Assembly (NCBI GenBank): GCA_021806615.1 | Contig: JAJZRB010000001.1 | Coordinates: forward strand, 79,024-143,023 | DNA: 64,000 nt | Source: a bacterium | GTDB lineage: Bacteria; Patescibacteriota; Patescibacteriia; Patescibacteriales; UBA12465 | Direction of reading: 5' to 3' | Shown here: positions 20,177-30,488 of the stretch, in pieces | Layout of the letters: every line of letters starts with the position of its first letter | Numbering within the stretch: position 1 is the stretch's first letter | Translations under genes and position numbers: made by a program | Notes under the pieces: generated by a model | Databases searched by the model: none | What the model saw: only the letters and a program-made list of their open reading frames with translations | What the model was told of the DNA's origin: nothing

Positions 20177-22471
20177 ATGGAAAAAGTATTCAGTGGAGAG
20201 TGGCTTGGCCGTCCTCTCACTATTAAAACTGGTAAAGTGGCCAAACAAGCCGATGCGGCCGTCTGGGTCCAATACGGCGAAACCGTGGTGCAAGCCACCG
20301 TGGTTCAGGCTAGGACCGAACGCCTCGGGATAGATTTCTTCCCGCTCATGGTAGACTTTGAGGAAAAACTCTATGCCGCCGGGATTATCAAGGGTTCCCG
20401 CTGGATTAAGCGGGAGGGCAGACCGACCGATCTGTCTGTCTTGACCGGCCGGATGATCGACAGATCCATCCGTCCTTTATTCGCCGAGGGCGATAACCGC
20501 GACGTACAGGTCATCATCACGGTTTTAGCCGTTGACCAAGAGAACGATTACGATATCGTCTCCCTTCTAGCCGCTTCGGCCGCCCTGGCTATCTCCGGCC
20601 TGAATTGGAATGGACCCATTGGCGGCGTCCGAGTCGGCCTGATAGAAGATAAATTCGTTTTTAACCCGACTTATGAAGAACAGGCGAAGAGTTCCTTGGA
20701 TTTGATCGTCGCTGGCACTGCCAAAAAAGTTATTATGATCGAAGCGGGCGCGAATGAAATACCAGAAGCGATTATGCTGAAAGCCATCATGGCTGGCCAG
20801 GAAAAATTGCAGGTGGCCATAGAACTGATCAACGAATTAAAAAAAAACATCACGCCGAAACTGGATCCGTCCTCTTCTAAAAAACCGGAAACGGCCGAGG
20901 AACAGGAAGAAGAAAAAAAACAAGCGGAATTGCTGAAACTAGGCCAAGACTGGCTGAAAGAGAATGTCAATAAAATCTTATTCGATAAAGCCTACTATAC
21001 GAAGGGGGAGCGCAAATTAGCGGTTACCGCCATCAAGGATAAGCTCAATGAATATCTGACGACGCAAGGAGTAGACAGCGATAAGCGCTATCATATCGTC
21101 AAAAAAATCGTGGACAAAGCCATCGACGCGGAAATAACCAGAGCAATTACCGAAGAAAAGAAACGCGTAGACGGAAGAGCGTTGGATGAGATACGCCCCT
21201 TATCCGCTGAAGTGGCTGTCTTGCCGCGCGACCACGGTACGGCGCTTTTCTCCCGCGGCGAAACTCAAGTCATGTCCATCGTGACTTTAGGAGCGCCTGG
21301 CCTGGAACAATCCCTAGAGGGCTTAGAGGGCCAAAGCAAGAAACGTTACATGCATCATTATAATTTTCCACCTTATTCTGTCGGCGAAGTCTCTCCGCTC
21401 CGCGGCACTGGCCGTCGCGAAATCGGACATGGCGCTTTGGCTGAAAAAGCCCTGCTCCCCATGGTTCCCAACAAAGATGAATTCCCTTATGCTATCCGCA
21501 TCGTCAGCGAAACCTTAGGTTCTAATGGTTCTTCATCCATGGCTTCAACCTGCGCCTCTACTTTAGCCTTAATGGACGCTGGCGTGCCGATAAAGAAGCC
21601 GGTGGCCGGTATTGCCATGGGTCTCGCATCCAATGCCGATATGAGCCGCTGGGAAGTCTTAACTGATATCCAGGATTTAGAAGACGGCGATGGCGGCATG
21701 GATTTTAAGATAACCGGCACCGCTCAAGGCTTGACGGCTATTCAATTAGACACGAAGACCGACGGATTAACCGAAGAGATAATGGCTAAGACTTTGACGC
21801 AAGGACGGGCCGCTCTGAACCAGATCCTAGAGGTGATCACCGCCGCCATTCCGGCTCCGCGCGCCGAATTATCAAAGTATGCTCCGCGCCTTATAAGCTT
21901 CAATGTTGATCCGGAGAAAATCGGAGCGATCATCGGCCCGGGCGGGAAGATAATCAATAAGATAATCGATGAAACGGGAGTAAGTATCGATATTGAAGAC
22001 AGCGGCCTAGTTGTCGTTTGCGGCACGGACGCCGCCATGGTAGACGAAGCTGTCCGCCAGGTGAAAGCTATCGTCCATGTCTTTGAGCCGGGCGAGATAA
22101 TCAAAGGAAAAGTTGTCCGCTTGCTTGATTTCGGGGCTTTCGTCGCTTTGAACGGCAGCCAGGACGGCATGGTCCACGTCAGCGAGCTCGCTCCCTACCG
22201 GATAGAAAAACCGAGCGACTTCTTGACGGTCGGCGACACGGTAACTGTCAAAATAAAAGAAATAGACGACCAGGGACGCATCAATTTGACCATGAAAGGA
22301 CTGGAAGAAAACGCTGAATTATGGAAAGACGAAAAAGGCAAGTCAAACGGGACTTCTTTCGGCTCTTCCTTCGGCGGGGGACGACCCGGCTTCGGTTCCC
22401 GAGGCCAAGGAGGCGACCGCCGCGGCGGTCCTAGCCGCCCCAGCCGTTTCAGCGAACGACGCCGCTCTTAA
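20177..22471 (+). CDS. pnp: Polynucleotide phosphorylase
   Basis: FFPL, RREIGHG, SNGSSSMAS, GMDFK, KH and S1 domains. Confidence 0.98.
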   Translation: MEKVFSGEWLGRPLTIKTGKVAKQADAAVWVQYGETVVQATVVQARTERLGIDFFPLMVDFEEKLYAAGIIKGSRWIKREGRPTDLSVLTGRMIDRSIRPLFAEGDNRDVQVIITVLAVDQENDYDIVSLLAASAALAISGLNWNGPIGGVRVGLIEDKFVFNPTYEEQAKSSLDLIVAGTAKKVIMIEAGANEIPEAIMLKAIMAGQEKLQVAIELINELKKNITPKLDPSSSKKPETAEEQEEEKKQAELLKLGQDWLKENVNKILFDKAYYTKGERKLAVTAIKDKLNEYLTTQGVDSDKRYHIVKKIVDKAIDAEITRAITEEKKRVDGRALDEIRPLSAEVAVLPRDHGTALFSRGETQVMSIVTLGAPGLEQSLEGLEGQSKKRYMHHYNFPPYSVGEVSPLRGTGRREIGHGALAEKALLPMVPNKDEFPYAIRIVSETLGSNGSSSMASTCASTLALMDAGVPIKKPVAGIAMGLASNADMSRWEVLTDIQDLEDGDGGMDFKITGTAQGLTAIQLDTKTDGLTEEIMAKTLTQGRAALNQILEVITAAIPAPRAELSKYAPRLISFNVDPEKIGAIIGPGGKIINKIIDETGVSIDIEDSGLVVVCGTDAAMVDEAVRQVKAIVHVFEPGEIIKGKVVRLLDFGAFVALNGSQDGMVHVSELAPYRIEKPSDFLTVGDTVTVKIKEIDDQGRINLTMKGLEENAELWKDEKGKSNGTSFGSSFGGGRPGFGSRGQGGDRRGGPSRPSRFSERRRS

Positions 22472-22545
22472 TCTTAGCCAATATTGACTTTTATTTAACA
22501 TTCAGATATTATTTCCCCATATAAATATCCTGAAAATAAACAAAT

Positions 22546-22977
22546 ATGCTAGTAATCAAATTAGCCCAAACCGGAAAGACCAATAAAAAAATGTTCCGTC
22601 TTGTAATCTCGGAAAAAAGCCGCGATCCATTTGGAGATGTTTTAGAAATATTAGGTTCTTATAACCCCCACTCCAAGGAGCTAGCCGCTAAAAACGAAAA
22701 GATTAAATTTTGGCTTTCTAAAGGCGCCCAGATGACTCCGACCGTCAATAATCTTCTGATAGATAAAAAAGTTATTGAAGGACAGAAGGCCAAAGCTTCT
22801 AAGCCGGGCAAGCCGAGCGAAAAACGCTTGGCTCAGGCTAAAGCTAAAGCTGATAAAAAAACCACGAAAGAAACGGCGCCAGCGGCAGCCGCGGAAACCC
22901 CGGCGGAAAAACCGGCTGAACCGGCGGTTGAAACAGCCGCGGAAACCCCGGCGGAAGCTAAAACCGAAAACGCTTAA
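22546..22977 (+). CDS. rpsP: 30S ribosomal protein S16 with low-complexity tail
   Basis: LGSYNP, WLSKGAQMTPTV; rpsP-khpA-trmD synteny. Confidence 0.96.
   Translation: MLVIKLAQTGKTNKKMFRLVISEKSRDPFGDVLEILGSYNPHSKELAAKNEKIKFWLSKGAQMTPTVNNLLIDKKVIEGQKAKASKPGKPSEKRLAQAKAKADKKTTKETAPAAAAETPAEKPAEPAVETAAETPAEAKTENA
22886..22956 (+). repeat. 23-bp direct repeat in the rpsP tail
   Basis: CAGCCGCGGAAACCCCGGCGGAA at 22886-22908 and 22934-22956 (AAETPAE x2). Confidence 0.85.
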
Positions 22978-23112
22978 TTCATTAGAAAATATTGACAAAT
23001 AGGCGTAAAGTAGTATACTTATAAACATAAGGCTGCTGATGTAGCAGTTATTTAATAAAATTTCTTTCTACTTTGACCGGAGAGACAAAACCGCTCAAAA
23101 TACGAAGGACGA

Positions 23113-23457
23113 ATGAAAACTATGGTAGAACAAGACAAAGAGTTTTTGGAAATGGTCGTCAAAAGCATCGTTTCAAATCCTAACGATGTGGTCGTAGACC
23201 GAACGATCGATGAAAGAGGCGTCTTATTGACCCTCAAGACTAATCCGGCTGATATGGGTTACGTTATTGGCCGCAAAGGTCAAACCGCCCAATCAATCCG
23301 CACTTTGCTGAAAATTATCGGCGCCAAAAATAACTCTCGCGTCAATTTGAAGATCTATGATCCAGAGGGCGGCAGCCACCGCAGCGAAGGCCATCGTGAA
23401 CATCGCGACAGCCGCGACGACATTGATACTTCCGCTATTGATGATTTAAAAATCTAA
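23113..23457 (+). CDS. khpA: KH-domain RNA-binding protein KhpA
   Basis: DMGYVIGRKGQTAQSIRTLL; located after rpsP. Confidence 0.92.
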   Translation: MKTMVEQDKEFLEMVVKSIVSNPNDVVVDRTIDERGVLLTLKTNPADMGYVIGRKGQTAQSIRTLLKIIGAKNNSRVNLKIYDPEGGSHRSEGHREHRDSRDDIDTSAIDDLKI

Positions 23458-23526
23458 AATCAAAAAATATTAGATAACAAAAAAGTCCAGTGTCAAAACC
23501 GGACTTTTTTGATATAATAAGAACAT

Positions 23527-24204
23527 ATGCAATTCCATCTCATCAGCATCTTCCCCGATATCTTCTCTTCTTATCTTAATGAGAGCATCTTAAAGCGGGC
23601 GCAAGACAAGAAAATAATCCGTTGCCAGATCCATAATCTGCGCGACTGGACGAACGACAAGCATAAAACCGTAGATGATGCCCCATATAGCGGCGGCGCC
23701 GGAATGCTGATGAAAATAGAACCTCTCTATCGCGCCCTGAGCGATATCAAGGAGTTAAATAAAGAAATAAGGCCGGCGAAAAGAAAAATCGTCCTGCTTT
23801 CCGCGGGGGGTAAAAAATGGAATCAATCTCTCGCCAGACAATATTCTAAATTAGAAGAGCTCATCCTTATTTGCGGCCGCTACGAAGGCGTGGATGCCAG
23901 GATAAAAAAATTCATTGACGCGGAAATCTCTGTCGGAGACTATGTCTTGACCGGCGGCGAGCTGCCGGCCCTGACCTTGATCGACTCTATCGCTCGCCTG
24001 CTCCCCGGCGTCTTGGGAAATAGCGACAGCCTGCTCGAAGAATCGCATGCTCTAGCCGGCATAGCTGAATACCCGCAATATACCCGGCCGGAAATCTTTA
24101 TGGCCGGCGGGAAGAAATATGCGGTACCTAAGGTGCTCCTGTCCGGCGACCACCGGAAAGTGAAAGAGTGGAGGAATAGCCGGCAAAAGAAGATAAAAAA
24201 CTAA
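23527..24204 (+). CDS. trmD: tRNA (guanine37-N1)-methyltransferase
   Basis: VDDAPYSGGAGM, CGRYEGVDAR, SVGDYVLTGGE. Confidence 0.98.
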   Translation: MQFHLISIFPDIFSSYLNESILKRAQDKKIIRCQIHNLRDWTNDKHKTVDDAPYSGGAGMLMKIEPLYRALSDIKELNKEIRPAKRKIVLLSAGGKKWNQSLARQYSKLEELILICGRYEGVDARIKKFIDAEISVGDYVLTGGELPALTLIDSIARLLPGVLGNSDSLLEESHALAGIAEYPQYTRPEIFMAGGKKYAVPKVLLSGDHRKVKEWRNSRQKKIKN

Positions 24205-24265
24205 ATACTCCGCACGAAATTTTCCAATATAAAAAATCCCGGTTCGTTGCCGGGATTTTTGCTAC

Positions 24266-24877
24266 TTAATTCAAAATAGCGTCTTCAAATTTATTTTGAA
24301 GATTAAACATAAGATGTCCGTATTCTTGTTCAGGCAAAATCTGTTCTTGTATGAACAGCCCGATGATAGTCGGGAGGCCGCAAAGTAGATCCCAATTGCC
24401 GACATGGATGGCTAAGTAATCTACCCAGCCCTTGGCAAAAGAAGAAATCTTATCCGTCACCTTGACATCTTCTTCCGCGCGCCATACTTCGATTATTTTA
24501 AACATGACATCATTCGCCACTCTGATGTCAAATCGATTAGTCGCCGGATTATACGTATACTTTTGCGTCGCTTGATCTATCTTACCGCTTTTTATCAGGG
24601 CGATAAAATCATTTTCAGCTTCTTGTTTTTTCTTATACATAGCCTGCACGATTTTTATAAGCTGACGCCGCTTAAGGTTGAATCTGACCCTATTGACGAC
24701 AGCGATTACGAGCGTTGCGAGGACGATGGCGACAACGACACTGCCGATAATCGCGAGCCAAACCATATTAGCCTGGAAGGTGTATTTTGTCGCCTCGGCC
24801 AATGGTTGGCGGAAATAAATGATTAAAACAATGGCCGTCATAGCGACAAGACGCTTAAAGGTTTTGAGAGCGTTCAT
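24266..24877 (-). CDS. Hypothetical membrane protein (accessory)
   Basis: 203-aa ORF, two N-terminal hydrophobic helices, AGGAG RBS, terminator at 24231-24260. Confidence 0.75.
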   Translation of the reverse strand: MNALKTFKRLVAMTAIVLIIYFRQPLAEATKYTFQANMVWLAIIGSVVVAIVLATLVIAVVNRVRFNLKRRQLIKIVQAMYKKKQEAENDFIALIKSGKIDQATQKYTYNPATNRFDIRVANDVMFKIIEVWRAEEDVKVTDKISSFAKGWVDYLAIHVGNWDLLCGLPTIIGLFIQEQILPEQEYGHLMFNLQNKFEDAILN

Positions 24878-24990
24878 GGGATATTTCTCCTATATGTTTT
24901 TGTGGTTGGAAAAGATCTAAATAAAGAAGTTATTAAAAAAATTAATAACTATTTATAGTACAATATTTATTTAAATAAGTCAAGACTAAA

Positions 24991-26010
24991 TTACTGACTA
25001 ATCTTAACGACTTTCCAGCCATTTTCCGTCCTCAACAAATGCCCCTCTATCGTGAACCCAGCGGCTTTCTTATGCCCGCCGCCGCCCCAATTCTGAGCGA
25101 TATGAGCTAAATCAATATCGTCGGCCGTGGTACGCAAACTGCCCTTCACTCGTCCATCCTCTTCCCGTAGCAATAGGGCGACGCTGACGCCGCTCAAGGT
25201 GCTTAAAAAAGAAACGATATCGCCGAAAAGGTCAGCCTCTGCTTTAATATCGGTTGGTGCCAATAATTCCGTCAACTCGTCGGCTGTCAAAGCTGAAAAA
25301 GCTAAACCAGTCGCCGGATCGAGCCTCATATTTTCCAAGGCGCGTCCCCAGACTTTAAGCGCTGGGAAACTCTTATTATTAACGGTGTTCTCGATAATTT
25401 TAGGTAATGAAGCGCCGCGCAGAAGCATTTCCGAAGCGATAGCTAAGGCTTCGCGAGAAGAATTGGCGTGGAGAAAATGCCCGGTATCGGTCATTAGCCC
25501 GATTAAAATACAATTGGCGACGACCTTGCTGACTGCCAGGTTATTCGCTTTTAGAAAATGGTAAATGATTTCTGTGGTGGACGCCTTATCAGATAAGCGT
25601 ATTTCTAAATCAGCATAAGTTTCCTGCGGAGAATGATGATCGAATTCAATGATATATGGCCGACGGCTGATGCGTCCGGCCTGGGCCGCCTGCAAAAGGG
25701 TCCGCAAACGCGCCTCTAAGCCGGTGCGCGAAATAGAGCCGCAATCCAAGATGATAATGGTATCAAAAGCCAATAAATCATCGGGTTCTTCGGTTGATAT
25801 TGAATCTTCATTGGGGATGAAGGAATAAGCGCCGACCATTTTTTTGGCGGCATAAGCATAGGTGCTCAGTCCTAAGGAGGAACTGATTTCCAAAATAGCG
25901 CCGATGGACGCTAAGGCGTCAGCATCAGGCGATGTATGCCCGATGATCAGGATACGCGCCCCTGATCTTATCTTAAAATAGGCTAATTGTAATTTTTCGG
26001 TTAAATTCAT
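24991..26010 (-). CDS. DHH/DHHA1 phosphoesterase (NrnA-like)
   Basis: HTSPDADA, FDHH, TDTG, GGGGHKKAAG; follows rbfA. Confidence 0.93.
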   Translation of the reverse strand: MNLTEKLQLAYFKIRSGARILIIGHTSPDADALASIGAILEISSSLGLSTYAYAAKKMVGAYSFIPNEDSISTEEPDDLLAFDTIIILDCGSISRTGLEARLRTLLQAAQAGRISRRPYIIEFDHHSPQETYADLEIRLSDKASTTEIIYHFLKANNLAVSKVVANCILIGLMTDTGHFLHANSSREALAIASEMLLRGASLPKIIENTVNNKSFPALKVWGRALENMRLDPATGLAFSALTADELTELLAPTDIKAEADLFGDIVSFLSTLSGVSVALLLREEDGRVKGSLRTTADDIDLAHIAQNWGGGGHKKAAGFTIEGHLLRTENGWKVVKISQ

Positions 26011-26106
26011 AACTGACCATTCTATAACAGGCTAATAAAAAAGTCCAGACGGCGAAGAGCCGGCCGGACTGGATGAAATTTTTACCTTCAGTCTTAAATT
26101 TGTCTA

Positions 26107-26448
26107 TTATTCCGAGTCAGTCTGGCCTATTCCGGCGATCAATTTCTCAATCTTATCAGCTTCCCTTTCCGTCGCATCAAACTCCCAGATGAGATGCGGC
26201 AATTTACGTAATTTTATCCGCGAACGGAGCAGGCTGACTAGCAGTCCGGTAGAGGCTGTCAATTTCCTTAGTACGGTGCCGGCAAACTTGTCCGGCAGGA
26301 CAGAAAAACCGACTTTAGCCTGCTTTAGATCAGCGCTGCATTCCACGTAGGTAATCGTGATAAGAGTATTAGGCAGGGCTACTTCACGATTGACAATCCG
26401 TGCCAGCTCTTCTAATAGTAGTTCATTAATTCGCGGGATCTTTGACAT
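26107..26448 (-). CDS. rbfA: Ribosome-binding factor A
   Basis: ITITYVECSADL, LRKLPHL; downstream of infB. Confidence 0.9.
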   Translation of the reverse strand: MSKIPRINELLLEELARIVNREVALPNTLITITYVECSADLKQAKVGFSVLPDKFAGTVLRKLTASTGLLVSLLRSRIKLRKLPHLIWEFDATEREADKIEKLIAGIGQTDSE

Positions 26449-26482
26449 ATACATAAATCCCCGCGAATAGCGGGGATGAAAA

Positions 26483-28456
26483 TTAAATCTTATTCACTAC
26501 CCTTTCTTCCTGATAGACCTGGAGAATGTCGCCGACAGCGATAAGAGGCTTCCCTTCATACTTCAGGCCGGCCTCGATATCCTTATCCACCAATTCTACA
26601 TCTTGCTTGCCAGACTGAAGACGGGTCAACCGGCCGGAAACGATAAAGTCGTCGCCGCGCTTTACATCAATTAAGCTATTATTCTTGATGACTCCGTCTA
26701 AGACCTTGCCGCCTACTATCTGGCTAGTATTTTCCGTTCGGAATACTGCCAATACCTTCAAGCGGCCGAGCTCGATCCGATTTATTTCCGGCTTGACTAG
26801 CAGTTGCATCTCATCTTTAACAAACTTGATCAAATCGTAAATCACGGAAAATATTTTAACCGTCACCTGTTTTTCCCGGACTAAGATCTCAATGGCCGGG
26901 GACATCCGGACATTGAAACCGAGTATTTTGGCGCCGGAATCTTCGGCCCGCTTAACATCGCCCTCGGTAATATAGCCCAAACCCTTGCTGATGACTTTAG
27001 TCTTTACTTTCTCATTATTCAGTTTAAGCAACGACTCTTCAATCGCCTCTGCCGATCCTAAGAAGTCGGCTTTGATAATGACATTTATTTTCGGCGTCTT
27101 ATCCTCCGAGTTATCGTCGCTCGCCGCCGGAATGACGGCCGCTTGGCCGGCGCTAGCTTTAATCTTTTTAGTTCTGACTTTTTCGCCTTCGCCGACAGTC
27201 AAGATATCGCCGACCGCCGGAGAAATTTTCAATCCTAATATTTTTACCGGCATAGATGGACCGGCTTCTTTAACTTCCTCCCCCTTATAATTACGCAGGG
27301 ACTTTACTTTGCCATAAATGATGTCATTAAAGCATAGCTGGTCGCCGAGGCGCAAAGTGCCGTTCTGGACCAGGATGGTAGCCAAGGGACCGGCCGCTTT
27401 ATCTATGTTTGATTCTACGACTGTTCCGGCGGCTGAAGCGTCGGGATTGGCTTGCAAGGCGGCGCCCTCGGTATCCGCCACCAATAGGACCATATCTAAC
27501 AATTCTTCGATGCCGGTTCCCTCTTTAGCCGAAATAGGCGCGCAAATAGTCTTCCCGCCCCAGTCTTCCGGAGTAATATTCAACTGAGTAGCTAATTCCT
27601 GCTTGGTCCGATTAAGATCAGCCGCGGGTTTATCAATTTTATTTATTGCCACTAGATAAGGGATTTTCGCCGCCTCAATGATCCTAAAGGCCTCGATAGT
27701 CTGCGGCTTGACCCCGTCATCGGCGGCCACGACCAAAATAGCGATGTCAGCGACCTTCGCTCCGCGGCTACGCATAGCAGTAAAGGCCTCATGGCCAGGA
27801 GTATCAATGAAAGTTATTGCTCGTCCCTTGCGGACGATTTGGTAAGCGCCGATGTGCTGGGTAATGCCCCCCGCCTCTCCGGCGATGACATTAGTCTGAC
27901 GTATAGAATCTAACAATTTAGTCTTGCCATGATCGACGTGGCCCATGACGACGATGACCGGCGGACGTTCTTTCAGGCTCTCAGCGGTCTCACCGGCTAA
28001 AATCGTGGCTAATTTTTTATCTTCTTTTCTGTCTTCATCTAATTTGACTTCAGCGGCTTTAACTTCCAAATTTAGATTTTCTCCGATAATGGAGGCCGTA
28101 TCGAAATCGATCTTTTCATTAATCGAGGTAAAAACACCGTTTTTCATGAGTTCGGCTAAAACGCGGTTGACCGGGATACCTGCTAACTCCGCATAAGCGC
28201 GGACCGTTATTACTTGGGGTACCGCGATCGTCTTCTTTTCTTTCGGCAGGACTTCGTCCTGTTTTTTTATCTCCGCTTCCCGCTTCTGTTGCTCCCATTC
28301 ACGGCGCAAAAATGGCCAATCCTTAATGATCTTTTTGGCCGTATTATTGTCTACTTTGATGGCCTTCTGGCCTATAGCAAAACCAAGCTGGGGCAGCATG
28401 TCACGCAGCTCTTGCGGCGAAATTCTTAATATTCTGGCTAGTTCAGTTATGTTCAT
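26483..28456 (-). CDS. infB: Translation initiation factor IF-2
   Basis: [31 protein letters not shown]. Confidence 0.98.
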   Translation of the reverse strand: MNITELARILRISPQELRDMLPQLGFAIGQKAIKVDNNTAKKIIKDWPFLRREWEQQKREAEIKKQDEVLPKEKKTIAVPQVITVRAYAELAGIPVNRVLAELMKNGVFTSINEKIDFDTASIIGENLNLEVKAAEVKLDEDRKEDKKLATILAGETAESLKERPPVIVVMGHVDHGKTKLLDSIRQTNVIAGEAGGITQHIGAYQIVRKGRAITFIDTPGHEAFTAMRSRGAKVADIAILVVAADDGVKPQTIEAFRIIEAAKIPYLVAINKIDKPAADLNRTKQELATQLNITPEDWGGKTICAPISAKEGTGIEELLDMVLLVADTEGAALQANPDASAAGTVVESNIDKAAGPLATILVQNGTLRLGDQLCFNDIIYGKVKSLRNYKGEEVKEAGPSMPVKILGLKISPAVGDILTVGEGEKVRTKKIKASAGQAAVIPAASDDNSEDKTPKINVIIKADFLGSAEAIEESLLKLNNEKVKTKVISKGLGYITEGDVKRAEDSGAKILGFNVRMSPAIEILVREKQVTVKIFSVIYDLIKFVKDEMQLLVKPEINRIELGRLKVLAVFRTENTSQIVGGKVLDGVIKNNSLIDVKRGDDFIVSGRLTRLQSGKQDVELVDKDIEAGLKYEGKPLIAVGDILQVYQEERVVNKI

Positions 28457-28593
28457 ATTTGATAATATTACTTCATTTTTCGGCTTTAGTCAACGCTATT
28501 GCTATTTTTGTCAAATCATAGTATTGTATATTGTTAATCTTGTCCTTAAAAAAATTTAAAACAACAAAATCAATAAATCAGAAGAGGTCCATT

Positions 28594-30093
28594 ATGAAAC
28601 GATTCCTAGCTCTATTAGTATTTTCGGCCGTCTTGATTACAACGACGACTATATCCGCCCAGTCCATGACTGAGTTAATCTGCCCGCAATATATGGGCGG
28701 TTACGAGTATGCGGCGCAGAATATTATCAGCACGGCGTTCCGCGTTAAAATAAGCGGTTTGCAGGCCACGACTACATATAAATTCGCCGCCGGGATGATA
28801 TCCGATGCTGATGCCGCCGCCGCCTCGCCGATTTGTTACGGATATGGCAATTATTACTTCCCTGGATACGATGCCGGTGGAAATTATAAAGCCTCGCCTA
28901 ACTATGATTATACGCCTGCCACTCCGTATACCCTTCCGACCTCGACAGACATTACCACGGATGCCGCGGGAGAAGTAACATTTTGGGTTATAATCAGCCC
29001 GAACAATAATGATAATTTCGCCTTACAGATGATCCATTTATGCATAGTGGTGAACAATGGAGACGGAACTACCGCGGTTACTCTTAGCAACCGCCTAGTC
29101 AGCGCCCTGAACGTCGGGCCAGCTGCCAACTTCAGCGGGTATACGACGGCCTATGACTATGCTCTCATCGAAGGACATAGCCTGGCGCCAGGAGGGAAAT
29201 ATGTCTTTATCTATGATAAAGAAAATCCGACTGCCACGGACAGGCCGCTGCATGGCTATATCATTGAAGATAATTCCATCAATGAGAATAGCGGTTATGC
29301 TCCAGCTCCATCTTATTACAGCACGGATGTCAACGGACAAACCGGACGTTATGGACTATTATATCCTCTAGCTAACACCAACGGAATAAGGCGCATAGAA
29401 ACTCTTAATGTTGACGGATCAAGCTACGCCGCCTCTACTGACGCTGACGGTATCTGGCCTTCTGGGTTGAATACCACCAGCCTAACCAAAGGATCAGTCT
29501 CTATAATTTCCGAAGCAGATGCGCCGTTGCCGGTGGAATTACAGGATTTTACGGCCACCCTGAACCAGTCCGGGAATCAGGTCGTCCTAAACTGGCGAAC
29601 GGCGACCGAAATAAGGTCTTATGCTTTTGAAATCCAAAGGAAATCGTTATCGGCGGGCTGGAAAACGATAGGCAGCATCCCGGCTCATGGAAATAGTAAT
29701 TCTCCTAAGGATTATTCTTTCACGGATAATCAGCTACCAGCCGGCGAAGTCTCTTACCGGTTGAAGATGATTGATAACGACGGAAGCTATGAGCTCAGCC
29801 CAGAAACCTCTGTTACGATAACCGCTCCGACGAAGCTCATAGTCTCTCAGAATTATCCCAATCCTTTCAATCCTAGCACGCTGATTACCTACTCCCTGCC
29901 CCGCGATTCATTCGTGGACTTAAAAGTCTATGACGCTCTCGGAAGAGAAGTCATGACTCTGATAAACGGAGAAAGATCGGCGGGAACTTACCAAGTCAAT
30001 TTTAACGGCAACAATTTGCCGAGCGGGACTTATATCTATAAACTAAGTTCTCAAGGTCAAATGACTGTAAAAAAAATGGTCTTAATAAAATAG
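28594..30093 (+). CDS. Secreted protein with T9SS type-A C-terminal sorting domain (Ignavibacteria/FCB-like)
   Basis: Signal peptide MKRFLALL...SAQ; PLPVEL..F..W.T..E Ig-like module; QNYPNPFNPST...LPSGTYIYKL...KKMVLIK. Confidence 0.88.
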   Translation: MKRFLALLVFSAVLITTTTISAQSMTELICPQYMGGYEYAAQNIISTAFRVKISGLQATTTYKFAAGMISDADAAAASPICYGYGNYYFPGYDAGGNYKASPNYDYTPATPYTLPTSTDITTDAAGEVTFWVIISPNNNDNFALQMIHLCIVVNNGDGTTAVTLSNRLVSALNVGPAANFSGYTTAYDYALIEGHSLAPGGKYVFIYDKENPTATDRPLHGYIIEDNSINENSGYAPAPSYYSTDVNGQTGRYGLLYPLANTNGIRRIETLNVDGSSYAASTDADGIWPSGLNTTSLTKGSVSIISEADAPLPVELQDFTATLNQSGNQVVLNWRTATEIRSYAFEIQRKSLSAGWKTIGSIPAHGNSNSPKDYSFTDNQLPAGEVSYRLKMIDNDGSYELSPETSVTITAPTKLIVSQNYPNPFNPSTLITYSLPRDSFVDLKVYDALGREVMTLINGERSAGTYQVNFNGNNLPSGTYIYKLSSQGQMTVKKMVLIK

Positions 30094-30112
30094 ATCATTA
30101 AGTCGCCCTTTT

Positions 30113-30147
30113 AATCCGACAGGCGAAGAACTGTCGGATTTTTTATT
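30113..30147 (+). terminator. Intrinsic terminator
   Basis: AATCCGACAG-loop-CTGTCGGATTTTTT. Confidence 0.8.
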
Positions 30148-30252
30148 TAATCCAGCCTCGTCAATCATTGCCGCTCTTTAGCTAGCGGCCGCCTTTACAA
30201 AGTCCGGACTAAATGCTAAGGTAAAAGCGTAGTTTATTTTATTAATTAAAAT

Positions 30253-30475
30253 CTGTTTTTAGGAATTATTAGAAGAATTAACCACTGTTTGAGGCCAGTT
30301 TAAAAATTTATTTCTGTAGACTGCCAACTTATGTTTTTCTCGTATTTTGATGTAAAATTAGCTAAAAAAAACAAAAAATTCGCTAGATCTCTCAAATAAA
30401 TGCCGTCTTTAGGACATGGTTAGTTTTTTTAAAAATAAATACTGGATGTTTGCCACCTTTAATTCTTAAGGACAG
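30253..30475 (+). ncRNA. Candidate ~220-nt structured RNA / 5' leader of rny
   Basis: Nested helices 30253-30268/30460-30475, 30271-30284/30417-30430, 30286-30293/30391-30398. Confidence 0.5.
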
Positions 30476-30488
30476 CTACCCTTCTTAT

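Noticed and set aside
22886-22956. Direct repeat as CRISPR or mobile element
   Set aside because: Only two copies, in frame within the S16 tail.
3246-23100. Shared CGGAG...AAAACC motif in the yebC, rpsO and khpA leaders
   Set aside because: Spacing and pairing context differ; too short to separate from chance by eye.
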